Shown piece after piece: positions 37,419 through 47,913 of a DNA stretch of 49,051 nucleotides. Numbering within the stretch: position 1 is the first letter of the stretch; each line of letters starts with the position of its first letter. The stretch is from Balamuthia mandrillaris. Lineage: Eukaryota. The notes beneath the pieces are model-generated. The model did no database searches and was not told where the DNA came from. It saw only the letters and a program-made list of their open reading frames with translations. The stretch is taken from assembly GCA_031835245.2 (NCBI GenBank), contig JAVKOQ020000018.1, forward strand, positions 310,001 to 359,051. Direction: 5' to 3'. The translations under genes and the position numbers were made by a program.

Positions 37419-37652
37419 GAAGAAGAAGCAAGAAGAAGAACGGGCAAGAAGAAGCAAGAAGAAGAAAAACAAAACAACACAAAGAAGCGGGGAAAAAAAA
37501 GTGGATCGTTTATTTACAAAATATTGGATGCTGGTTGTTTGCTTGGCTTGAGAATGTTTTTGGTGTTGGGCTGAAGGATGGGTCCTGTCCTCGGCCACAT
37601 TCACTCGAGTGGCTGCAGATATGCATTCATTAAGCAGAAAGAAGGCACCTAC

Positions 37653-40106
37653 CTACCCATTCTCCCCGGAAAGGGGGTGAGGGAGAGTGGCGGTACGGCC
37701 TGCTGCAGGTCGCCTCATTAAAGCACTGCCAGCGCTTACAAGACCGAGAAAGGCTTCCGGCTCGGGCTGCTCTGTCCCCGTAAAGACGTAGTGACCTTGC
37801 TTGACCTTGAGCTGATTCCCCATGTTGCTGCATTTATCGGCAGGTCTGTCAGGGTCCAGGTGTACCGCACCTTTGGACCGAGTGTGGATGCTACGAAACA
37901 GCTGCTGCCCATTCCGGTGAGATGATTTCTGGCGCCTGTCGTCATTCTCCTTCTTGCCTGTACCGTCTCCACTTGCTTTTCTATTATCGCTACTGCTGCC
38001 AGTGCTTCCAAATCTAGCTTGAAGTTCCTTCATCTTGCTTTGAGACCCTTTTTTTGCATAACTACCTTCAGCTATATCTCCATTTCCTTGCGGAAAAACC
38101 GGAGGCGCAAGTAGAAGCGTGGGTCTGGTGGCTTGAGCTTTTTTAGCTGCATCGTGGTTGGATGCAAATGTCGTGCTTGCCGTGGAGTGCAATTCCTCGG
38201 TAACTTCTTTTGTGGGCACCGTTCGAGCTGCATCTCTCTTCTCGTTGTCTTTCTTCTTCTTGCTGCTAGGTATTTTCTTTGCGATCTTCTTTTCCAGCAC
38301 CCCTACTTCCTCCTTCACCTTCTTGTTGTTTTTGCTTTTGGGTCGTTTAGAAGTATCCAAGGCTTTGCGCTTTCTTGTGTGATTGTCACTTCTCCCCGCC
38401 GTGACGTGGTTATCGCTGGCAGAGCTACTTAGTGCTGTCTGACGGCGGACGCCGTCAGTGACAGTAACAGCCGTTGGGGATGGTGAAGCATTGCAAGGAA
38501 TTACTAGGCGTTCATCTTGATGCTGGCTTTCGCCAGGCCGCGCCTTTCTTCTGCACATAGCACAAGGGCAAAGAAAGGTACAGGCAGGGCATCCATTTCG
38601 CCATTGAGGGAGGGGTTGGTGCCCGGAACAATTGCGATAGTCGATTCCAAAATGTCTTTCAATGCAGCTACTGCAAAACCTGTGGCTAGGGACGAGAGGG
38701 CATCCCACCCATTCCTCCCTTTTGGTTTTACAGGGATGGCAGGTGTCACTCCTCCCTTGCAGCTCAAGAAAAGTAGAGTTTGGTGGCAGTTGTGCCGAAT
38801 CCGGAAGCCGTACAGGGCGAGAGTGCGGAAAGGTGCTTCCAAGTTTGCCGTTCTTATCTTTGATGGATGCCTTCTTTTCGGTTTTGACAAGCTTCTCCTG
38901 TTTTGCTGTTCCGGTTTGTGGTGCTCTACGCTCCTCTGGTTGTGGTTTTTTGTCTTTGTGGGCGTTCTTCGTTTTTGGTTTCTTTCTGCTTTGGTCACGT
39001 TGACCGAGGAAGGTACTGGGTGAAGGTGCTTGTTTTTCTATGTAGACTTCAAACTCATTCCAACGAGCAGGTCTCTTCAGCGGGCGGCCTCGCTTAGATT
39101 CTCCGCTTTGTGGGGTCGTAAGGGTCTTGTCTGCCTCTTCCGTTGCTGCCCGTTGTTGCTTCGCTTGAACTTGTTGGCTGCTATCCTTGTTGACCGAGGA
39201 TGTAGGAGCCGAAGTAGGAGTGCTGAGGGCGGGTCCTGAAGCCGAGGTTAAGCGCTTACTGTTGATCCGCTTTTCCTTTGCAGTCGTTGGCACAAGATAC
39301 TCCTTTTCTTTCGCCACAGCTTCAGGCTTGAACCTTTCCAGGGCACCCCCACACTTGTGGTCGCTGCTGGTGCTTGTGCCACTGCCAGCAACAACCGGCG
39401 ACAGCGCCTGCACACCGAAATGTATGGCTAGGCCATGCTGTACGGCTGTATCTCCTGTTGCCATTCTATCACCCCAAGAAACAGGCGGAGGGAGGTTGTT
39501 GGAAGGAGGAAGTAGGGATGCTGTTTGTTGTTTGTGTGGTGGCGGGGCAGGTGCGTGCGAAGGTGTCGGTGGGGGTTGTCGTGGCCTGTCCTGGCGAGAG
39601 AGTAAGCAATAGCATGAACGAAGAAACGCAGCAAAGTCTGCCGAGTCCTTACAAAGGTGATGGTCCACCAATATGACGTCCCTGCCCTTCTCATCTTTAC
39701 CCAGTGACGATAGGAGTAGCGGTGATGGTGGCGATGGCGGTGTGTGCCCTTTTCCATGATGCCCGCTTGTTCCAGGCAGGTGCTCGTTGCGACGGGGCCG
39801 CAGCTGCCTGCTGCTGTTGCTGCCCTTGCTGTTGGTGCCTCGGAGGTCAGGAGGGATGTTACACCCTCCTTGCCGACTGCTTTGCTGATGCTCCCCTCCG
39901 ACAGCCAACCCCGGTTGAGGTGACGGAACGGCAGCGGCTTGTCTGAACCATGCCCTGAAGGTGGGACTGACTGCAGCCACTATACACTTGTGAGCAGCTA
40001 TCCTGCAGCCATCCTTCCCCACATGAAACACAACGTCGCTGAACTCCTCGTCTTGCAACAAGGCGGTTAGCTCGCTGTCCCACAAAGCGTGGCCGTTGTT
40101 GGTCAT
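37653..40106 (-). CDS. BTB/POZ + zf-4CXXC_R1-like zinc-finger protein (paralog A)
   Basis: Single 817-aa ORF. N-terminal FSDVVFHVG...IAAHKCIVAAVSPTFRAWF (BTB start, interrupted by an insertion). Zinc finger CHPCK...C...HRFCSSCIERHFG...W..GCPACTFLCPCAMCRRK at about 38543-38747. Confidence 0.8.
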   Translation of the reverse strand: MTNNGHALWDSELTALLQDEEFSDVVFHVGKDGCRIAAHKCIVAAVSPTFRAWFRQAAAVPSPQPGLAVGGEHQQSSRQGGCNIPPDLRGTNSKGSNSSRQLRPRRNEHLPGTSGHHGKGHTPPSPPSPLLLSSLGKDEKGRDVILVDHHLCKDSADFAAFLRSCYCLLSRQDRPRQPPPTPSHAPAPPPHKQQTASLLPPSNNLPPPVSWGDRMATGDTAVQHGLAIHFGVQALSPVVAGSGTSTSSDHKCGGALERFKPEAVAKEKEYLVPTTAKEKRINSKRLTSASGPALSTPTSAPTSSVNKDSSQQVQAKQQRAATEEADKTLTTPQSGESKRGRPLKRPARWNEFEVYIEKQAPSPSTFLGQRDQSRKKPKTKNAHKDKKPQPEERRAPQTGTAKQEKLVKTEKKASIKDKNGKLGSTFPHSRPVRLPDSAQLPPNSTFLELQGRSDTCHPCKTKREEWVGCPLVPSHRFCSSCIERHFGIDYRNCSGHQPLPQWRNGCPACTFLCPCAMCRRKARPGESQHQDERLVIPCNASPSPTAVTVTDGVRRQTALSSSASDNHVTAGRSDNHTRKRKALDTSKRPKSKNNKKVKEEVGVLEKKIAKKIPSSKKKKDNEKRDAARTVPTKEVTEELHSTASTTFASNHDAAKKAQATRPTLLLAPPVFPQGNGDIAEGSYAKKGSQSKMKELQARFGSTGSSSDNRKASGDGTGKKENDDRRQKSSHRNGQQLFRSIHTRSKGAVHLDPDRPADKCSNMGNQLKVKQGHYVFTGTEQPEPEAFLGLVSAGSALMRRPAAGRTATLPHPLSGENG

Positions 40107-40639
40107 CGGTTTTGGAGTTGGTGTTGCTCTCTGAGCAGTGGTGGATAAAACGCTATTCGCCAGTCGTTCTTTCTGCTTTCAATCAATGCAGATACAAGGC
40201 CAGGCAAGACGGGTGGGTGTATTGCAGGAGGGTTTGTCTGTTGGCGGGCAGCAGCAACTTCGGATGGTGGCGGGCCTGTGCTTTGCCGTACGCGATGAGT
40301 TCCGATTTTTCTTTTAAATTTTTACATCCAAACAGAAAAAAGCGTGGGCCGCCGGGCAGCTGCCAGGTGTGGCCGCAGTCTGCATACCTCTGCATTTGTT
40401 TGATTTGGAAACGTGGAGGGATCCATGCTCCTTCGGCTGCTGATAAACCCACTGAAACATGAAACGCTGGGACGCCCTCCCTTTGATTTTGTTCTAACAC
40501 CTGGAGCATCCATCTGTTTTTTTTTTGTTTTGTTTTTGTTACCCCTGAAAACCACAACGAATGAATGGCTAACATTTTGCATAAATAAGGGGATGTTTAT
40601 TGCAGTTCTGTTGGGTGGCCGATAGTGGCAACGGACCCC

Positions 40640-42279
40640 CTAGGAGGAAGAGGCAAACCCAGCAATAAAGAAACTGGCGTAGGTGTGCACTCGATCCAAG
40701 GCATGCAGCTGTGCAGCAAGATCGGAGTTGTAGGAGAGCAAATCTTTCAACTTCCGCTCCTGGCCTTCAAACTTCACGGTGGTACTGCCCACAAACTCTG
40801 CTTTGGCTAGTACATACAAAATTAATTTGAGACGAAGTGTGGAGAAAGACGAATACGAACCGGACGCACTTCGCCAGAGGAAGCGTGCATCAGGTGTCGA
40901 ATGGTCAATAATCTGTTGCCACTCCCTCCCGAGGACCTTGGGATTGGCTTGCATCCAGTCTTGATGGTCCAGAAGCAAAAATCTGGAAATGTCTTGTTTT
41001 CCATGGGCCTCCAAAAACTCTACACCGTGCAAACATTTAGATCGAGGTATGTTCTGCTTCGTTGTCAACGCAATAGGAAAAAATAGCTGTTGCATACCTT
41101 CAATGGTGCACGTGTGGATGGATATGTTGTCCACTAAACCCTCTTTTAGCCTTTCAAAAAGCTCTGGTTTCAAGTAGTTAGGGCAACAGTCCTTGGTGTA
41201 GGAGCCGTTGATATACACGCGATAAAAATAATTGTCTTTGATGGGGATCTGTATAGGAGAGAATAAGCGCCAATGGGAATAATGAAACGACAGGCAGGAA
41301 AATATGATTGGTATGCACCTCTGTCATCACAGCTTGCAATGATCGCTTGATGAACACGGGAAGACCACCTTCATTCTGAATAAGTTGGCGCTGTGGCGCA
41401 GGTACCCCATTAAAAATTGAGAGTACCAACTCCCTCGACAGAATCCACCTGTTTCATAGAACGTAAGTCAGCAGCCAAATCATAAAGGCAACACGAGCCA
41501 GGAAGTGAGCATAATGCACTAATGGGTTACATGATAACTGGGTTAAATAATCTTTTTTCAATCCGAGATGAGTATATCTCTTGCTGCTCCTCCAAGCTTT
41601 GAGCGTTAAGCAGGTCCTGCATTGCCTCGGAAAGCCCTGGGATGAGCTTCATGTAAAGCTTCATAGCATAGGCAAGGACACCTAGTCAAACGGTTAAGAG
41701 TTGTTCCATAAAGATATTTGAGTTAATGGAAGTATACCACTGCAGCCACGGAAATAAAAGGAATCACGGAAACCTTTTCCGTCGAAATAGTTTGCATGTG
41801 AATCCTAACCAAGATAACAATAAAAATAAAATTAAAACTTGGTTAATGCTTTTTCTTGCTTCCTCCTTTTTTGAAAAACAACTGCGAAAAAAAAAATGCG
41901 TGTGGGAAGAGAGAAGATACCCAAAATTGGCGAGATCTAGCAGACAGGCGCTTCCTAAGAGAGGGATACACTTTTGAGCTGAAGTTTGGCATTCGGCCTT
42001 CGCCAAACAGTTGCCAGAATCTACAAAATTAAAGTTCGTGTTACGTTGAGCAAATCTCATGGGAGGCTTTGGTTGCTGGAGGAGATTGTGCGTACTCGTC
42101 ATAGGAGAGCTCTTTAATCGCCACGACTTTAAGTTCCAACACAGCATTCTGACAAGGGTTCTTATCAATGGCATAAACGTGGTTACAACCCTCTAGCGCG
42201 ATGGATAGCACCTACGTGGAAGAAAGCATTGGTCACCAGAAAGAAAAAAAATAGAAAAAAGAAGAAAAAAGTGAAAAAG

Positions 42280-42322
<43 letters not shown>

Positions 42323-42725
42323 AGAAGAAGAAGAAGAAGAAGAAGAAGAAGAAGAAGAGCAAGAACAAGAAGAAGAACAAGAACAAGAAGAAGAAGAAGA
42401 AGAAGAAGAAGAAGAAGAACAAGAAGAAGAAGAAGAAGAAAGGACAACAACAACAACAACATAAGACAACAACAAGACAAAGCGACTAAGTTCTTACATT
42501 ACATCCAGCAGAGGTTATTATCAGAACATTATCTTTATCGGTCAGCTCTAAGGCCACGGAGTCTATCCTTGGGTCCTCCCACGCGGTATTAAACAGAACC
42601 TGATTGGAGTAGCAACGTTCCAAAAAGCTGTTCACCGCGGTACAGTACACCTTGGAAAGGAAGTAACGGAAGAGCAGCACCGGCCAGAAGCAAACCCACA
42701 CCAGAACGTTACACAGTGACACCAT
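40640..42725 (-). CDS. BtaA-like S-adenosylmethionine:diacylglycerol 3-amino-3-carboxypropyl transferase (DUF3419; betaine lipid DGTS synthesis)
   Basis: Spliced motifs [13 protein letters not shown]...[15 protein letters not shown]...[16 protein letters not shown]...FWQLFGEG...FYFRGCSG...GVPAPQ...[23 protein letters not shown]...LLDHQDW...WRSA...DRVHTYASF. Confidence 0.9.
42280..42462. repeat. Compound trinucleotide microsatellite (GCA)n-(GAA)n-(CAA)n inside intron 1 of the BtaA-like gene
   Basis: Seen directly; lies between the donor at 42497 and the acceptor at 42212 on the minus strand. Confidence 0.92.
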
Positions 42726-43824
42726 TGCAGAGCAAAGTAAACGCGCTACAGAAAGACACACGAAAATAAAACCAACAAACGAAAGAAAATAATAATAATG
42801 GAGAAAGAAAACCGCGGGAATGGTTGACGTCGTTTTCCATCAGCCAATATGCACCGCCGTGCATTTGCTTCAGCAAGAAAAAAGGAGAAATGCGCGAGGA
42901 GAAATTAATTACTGTCGACAAAACTATTAATCTGCTGTTAATTAATCATATATAGGATGTCGACAGAAAGAAACCTCCACAAGAAGAAGAGAAAGAGAGA
43001 CTTTTTCCATTGCGGCCTTGCCTGTGTCGCACCTTTTGTAGGAGCCCAACTACAACAACATTTTTTTGTGTTCACAGGAGAGTGCGCAGAGTCTAGGCAT
43101 ACTCCTTCCAGGAAATTTCCGTATCGTGCCCGTCATTTTTGTACTTGCTTCGCGTTATTTGACCACCGGAGCAAAGGGCCGGCGGCAACGGTGTTGTCCG
43201 GACTGGTGAAACGCCGTGTCCGGGGGACGGAAAGCGATATTTTACCTGTCGTTTTGTATTTGTTTCTTCCGTCTATTTTCCATCAGTTTTCTTTGGATTT
43301 CAGCAACTCTTACCTTTTCTGGTGGAAATTTCCTTAAGGAGCCAATGGCCTTGCTCCACGCCTGGTTTTTCCCTGAGTTTCTCCGTGTGGCTCTCCCTCT
43401 TCTTCCGTCTTCCTTCTCTTTAAGACCGAAAACCCGAAGCCCCCCTTTTCTTTCTTTCTCCTTCTTAACCCAACACACACATACGCACAACTCAACCCGA
43501 CCGGGCTTCTGCTACCGTTTGTACATTATCGTAAGCGGCGGGCTGTTTTTATTTTTTTTTTCTCTCTTTTTTTTTCCCCCTTCAGCAAGGTGTGCTACGT
43601 GGCAGCCGCGCAATACCCACCCCAACACGTTTCGCTAAGAACAGCCTTCCCAGAAATTCGTGACACCACAACGCCCTGCGCACCGACAAGAGAAGTCACA
43701 CCTGCACACCTCTACTCTCGGCTTTCTTGATACCGTGACCCGGAGCTTCAACCAGCCACCCAAACATACGCTAAGTTATCAACCAGCCCCGTTTCCCCCA
43801 AAACAAAAAAGGTCGCAGTTCGGC

Positions 43825-46065
43825 ATGGCTTCCTCACTTTCTGGTGCTGCCAGTTTGAAAAGGAAGGGCAAGGGCGCGCTTTTCCAGACGTTAGAGTTCG
43901 GGCTTGACGGTCAAGTAAAGAACTTGTTCGAAGAGAAGAGGATGACCTTCGGTGAGCAACTAAACCTGTGGAGAAAAGAACAAGAGAAAGCGCTGGCGGT
44001 CATGGCTTCTGCAAGTGGTGCTCCGTCGCAACTGCTCCTGCAACAACGACAACAACAACAACAAGGAGCCATACTGTCGTCTCCCTCCTCCACAAAGGGA
44101 ACTGCTCGCAGAGGAAGACCCAGAAAAAGCGGACGTGCGCTGCCTCCTCTACTCACCAGGAAAATCCCACAAGAGGTGGTGGCTGAAGAACAGGAGGAGG
44201 AAGAGGAGGAAGAGCAGGAGCGCTATATTGGAAAGGATGGAACAGAAGAAGAGGAAAGCAGTAGCGGCCTGGACGAAACCGCGTTCAGCCCGGAGCGAGA
44301 GGATGACAATGAGCAGGAAGAGGAGGAAGAAGACGAAGACGGTGAAGAAAGCTCTCCGAGGAGTAAGCCCACCTGCCGGCCAACCGGAAGGGCATTGACT
44401 GCCCGGCGTAGGAAGATACTTTTGGAGTGGCAGACTTCAGAACAAGAAGACGAAGAGAGTTCCTTGTCTTCTGGTGAGGTATCTGAGGAAGCAGAGGCTC
44501 TAGGACTGAGGGCCTTGGCAGAAGTCTGGCTGCAGGGCAACAAACAACAGTCGTCAGGACCTTCAACAAAGACATCTGCGAAGCCGAAGAGCGGACTTAG
44601 AGCAATGGCAAGTTTCCCACCATCAGCGAGCAATCGGGAGGATGTTCTCGAAGAGGAATATGCAGAAGACGAAGCGGAGGACTCGATGTCTTTGGAACCC
44701 GTTCTTTGCATTGATGATGAAGAACCAGAGGAAATGCGGGAAGAAGCGGAGGAGGAGGAAGAGGAGGAGGAAGAGGAAGAGGAGGAAGACTATGGTAAGG
44801 CAGAGCCTGATGGAGATTGGAAAGAAGAGGAAGCATCTATTACTACACCTTCCAAACCACTCTACAAAATCAAAGGGCGAGGTATTGGGCGATGGGGCAA
44901 GCGTGGACGGCCCAGAAAATCTGGACGAGAAGGAAATGGAAACCTTGGCTTAAGAATCCCGCATGAGCGTAACACCTGCCATCCCTGCAAAACCAAGAAG
45001 GAGGACTGGGTTGGCTGTCCTCTGGTCAAATCGCACAGGTTCTGCAAGAACTGCGTCGAGCGACACTTTGATCTGGAGTGGGACACAGAAGGAGACCGCA
45101 TTTTCCATCTTGTCATGGAGCGATGGAAGGATGGGTGCCCAGCCTGCCTGGTTACGTGCCCTTGCGCCTATTGTCGACGAAAGAGAAAGGAGGATTGTGG
45201 CGGTGATGATGAGCCTCGTCGAGCGTCACCCGTTCACACCAAACGTTCCTTGAGTGCTACTTTGCACGGAGCCGATGAGGCGAATGGCGTGGCCAAGAGA
45301 AGGTGTGTGCGGAGACAGCAGCGTCCAACCAGCTACAGCGAGAATGAGGATGATCACGAGCAAATCAGCGCTTACTTCCCACAAGCGTCATTGCCTGGAC
45401 GAGGAGGAGGCCGTGGCAGAGGTCGAGGTCGCCCTGCTGCTACTGCAAGTGTTGGACGTGGCGGGCGTGGGCGTGGCGGACGTGGGCTCCGGAGGGGCAG
45501 TTCAACTACTCCCCCAACGCAGAACACTACAGCCACCGATTACCGTTGGACTACCAGTGACCTCTTCGAGGACGGCCTCTTTCCTGGCGCTCCTGTCCAT
45601 CACCGGAGCGGCAACATCGGGTTTGAACACGTGAACAGCGGGGAGGAGGCTCAGCGAGGCGGAAGCATCTACACCCGTTCACGAGGATCCGTGTCGCAAG
45701 ACCCAGAAAACGCTAAACTGCACAGCCTCCTTCGCTGCGCTGGAAAACTCAAAAGCAGCACCAAGGCCCTTGTACTGTCTCAAAGGAGACTTTCTCGGGA
45801 GGAAGCCTTGGTAGCCCATGGCCTTACTACAGGCTTCAGTACTTTTGGCGAGGAGCTCGAAGAAGAAGAACGGAGACTCAAAGGTAACCGCAGAGTGAAG
45901 ATGGACAATGGGCGCTATGTTCCAAGGGAAGGTCTTGGCCAAGTCAACGCCGAAGCGTTTTTAGGCTTGGTCAGTGCTAGTTGTGCTTTGTCTAGGCGCT
46001 ACCTCCGCCCCAACAGCCAATGTGCTGCAATTTACACAGCCGTATTGCAGCATCACACCGATTAG
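43825..46065 (+). CDS. AT-hook + zf-4CXXC_R1-like zinc-finger protein (paralog B)
   Basis: Single long ORF with first ATG at 43825. Two AT-hooks (RRGRPRKSG, KRGRPRKSG), acidic tracts, CHPCKTKKEDWVGCPLVKSHRFCKNCVERHF...WKDGCPACLVTCPCAYCRRK, and an RG/RGG-rich tract. Confidence 0.82.
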   Translation: MASSLSGAASLKRKGKGALFQTLEFGLDGQVKNLFEEKRMTFGEQLNLWRKEQEKALAVMASASGAPSQLLLQQRQQQQQGAILSSPSSTKGTARRGRPRKSGRALPPLLTRKIPQEVVAEEQEEEEEEEQERYIGKDGTEEEESSSGLDETAFSPEREDDNEQEEEEEDEDGEESSPRSKPTCRPTGRALTARRRKILLEWQTSEQEDEESSLSSGEVSEEAEALGLRALAEVWLQGNKQQSSGPSTKTSAKPKSGLRAMASFPPSASNREDVLEEEYAEDEAEDSMSLEPVLCIDDEEPEEMREEAEEEEEEEEEEEEEDYGKAEPDGDWKEEEASITTPSKPLYKIKGRGIGRWGKRGRPRKSGREGNGNLGLRIPHERNTCHPCKTKKEDWVGCPLVKSHRFCKNCVERHFDLEWDTEGDRIFHLVMERWKDGCPACLVTCPCAYCRRKRKEDCGGDDEPRRASPVHTKRSLSATLHGADEANGVAKRRCVRRQQRPTSYSENEDDHEQISAYFPQASLPGRGGGRGRGRGRPAATASVGRGGRGRGGRGLRRGSSTTPPTQNTTATDYRWTTSDLFEDGLFPGAPVHHRSGNIGFEHVNSGEEAQRGGSIYTRSRGSVSQDPENAKLHSLLRCAGKLKSSTKALVLSQRRLSREEALVAHGLTTGFSTFGEELEEEERRLKGNRRVKMDNGRYVPREGLGQVNAEAFLGLVSASCALSRRYLRPNSQCAAIYTAVLQHHTD

Positions 46066-46352
46066 GTCAGCTACAGGGGCATAACCCAACCTTCGCACCG
46101 TTGATCATTTGGTGGGGTTGTTTGTTGCTTGGGCACCCCCCCCCCCCCTATGATCTTCGCTCTTTGTACTTTTTGTAAAATTTGTTACATATTAAATATC
46201 AGCGGAATAATAATTCTTCCGTACGGAAACAATGACGTCCCCATTATAAGGTTTACTGTCGACAAATCAAAAAGAGGACCGATCCGATCAAAAAAAAAAA
46301 AAAAAAAAAGAAAAGCAAGAAGGAAGAAACGCAAGCGCGGCACCACCATACC

Positions 46353-47476
46353 ATGTCAAGCAGCAAGCGGAAGAAAGGTCGACCCAAAAAAAATTCCAAC
46401 GCGAACCAAGAAGAGCAGTATACTGGTACGGACTGGACGGAACCTTATGAATGGGACAAAACAGGCCTTTGGACAGCGGAGGTGGAGCTGGTGTTGTTTG
46501 ATGCTGTTGAAAAATACCCGCCAATTGGCTTAAATAAATATTTCAACTTGTTGAGCCTGCGCAGCTATCTGAGCAAACGTGCGGGTGTGCTCCTTGAATG
46601 TGAACAGATATGGTTGCATCTCAGCAAACACTACAACATGAGATACCTGGTGCAGTATTGATGTTCCCTTGCCTGTTTTGATTTTTCTGATTTTTATTAT
46701 TTTGTTTTTTTCCAGGCTGAAGAAGACCGCCTAGAGGATTCTTCTGGTGCTAAATTCAAGTTGCCTCGTACAGAGGAATTTTGTTCGTTGATGTACAGTC
46801 CCTTTGATCAAGAGCCAACAAGATCAACAACACATCCTGGAGCACAAGAAGACATAAAACCAAAAGAAAAGAAACGAAAGTTGCAAGACAGGCCTCAAGA
46901 AGAAGTTGTTAAAAAACAAAAGGAAAATACTTCAGAAAAGAAAAAAGAGACCAAAACAGAAAAAACTGATAAAAAAGGTTTGTGTACTTGATAACATTTG
47001 ATGTTCTTGAACTATTTCAACTAATTACATTTAATAGTGATTAAACGAAAACAATCCACAGGCAGTCAAACAGCCAACTTTATTAAAAAACAGAAAAAGC
47101 TAGAGCAAATGGATCAAACCTTTAACTTAGTTATGAAAAAGAACTCTACACATAAGTTTGCCAATTTTGCAGAATTTATTTATGGTGCTTTGAAATCTAT
47201 GAATGGTGTTGCTGAATTATCCTTTATTTATGAATGGGTACAAAAAAATTGGAAAAAGCTTGATAACAAATGTATGTTATTTCTTATTATCTTGTAAATG
47301 AAATACTAAACTTTATTTTAGATGCTAAAAGATTTCAAATAGAAAACTTAGACTTTAAAAGCAATATCCGTAGTACTTTATATTCTAATAGCATTTTTCA
47401 AAAGACTGATTCTGGTTGGAGTATTACTAACCTAGAAACAGAAGTGAACCAAAAAACTTTACATTTAGATAATTAA
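46353..47476 (+). CDS. Eaf7/MRGBP (CT20)-like NuA4 complex subunit with extra C-terminal helical (winged-helix-like) domain
   Basis: Exon 1 WTAEVELVLFDAVEKYPPIGLNKYFNLLSL...QIWLHLSKHYNMRYL matches the CT20/Eaf7 pattern, then KFKLP in exon 2. Further exons run to TAA at 47474-47476. Confidence 0.78.
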
Positions 47477-47694
47477 TAAATAGGTAACAAATTTCTTTTT
47501 CTTTTTTAAACACATTTTAAATTAAAAAGTGCTCCTTTTAAAAAAATAATTATTGTCCAATGAAATAAGTCCTCAAATAAAGGAATTTTGTCTTAAAATA
47601 TTAGTTGAAGAATAAAACAATTGATTTTCTTTCATTTATACCAAGTCAAAAATACAAACTTGCTATTAACAATTCATTGTAGCAAACAAGGAGT

Positions 47695-47913
47695 GAGGAT
47701 TTGTGAGGAAAGGTAATGCATTGGTTGCTGACGTATTGAGGGACAAGAAAAAAGGTATGCCAATGGGTCCAATCATTATTCACAAGTTTGTTTAAGGTGT
47801 TGTAGGCAAGTTTGACATGGCTCTCCATGGCACCATTAGCTAAGAGGTGATAGGCTAAGATGAAACGGTGTTCAAAACCAGAGAGTTTCTTGAGCCTTGA
47901 CAATTGTGTTGAT
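47695..47913 (-). mobile_element. Degenerate Ty3/gypsy-like LTR-retrotransposon integrase fragment
   Basis: INTIVKA[frameshift]KKLSGFEHRFILAYHLLANGAMESHVKLAYNTLNKLVNNDWTHWHTFFLVPQYVSNQCITFPHKSS follows the integrase-core consensus (GIxHxxSxxYHPxxNGxxE...W...YNxxxH..SP), including the catalytic Glu. It is frameshifted and lies in AT-rich DNA. Confidence 0.75.

Noticed and set aside
42183..42489. Poly-F/L/K/S ORFs
   Set aside because: Trinucleotide repeats inside BtaA intron 1.
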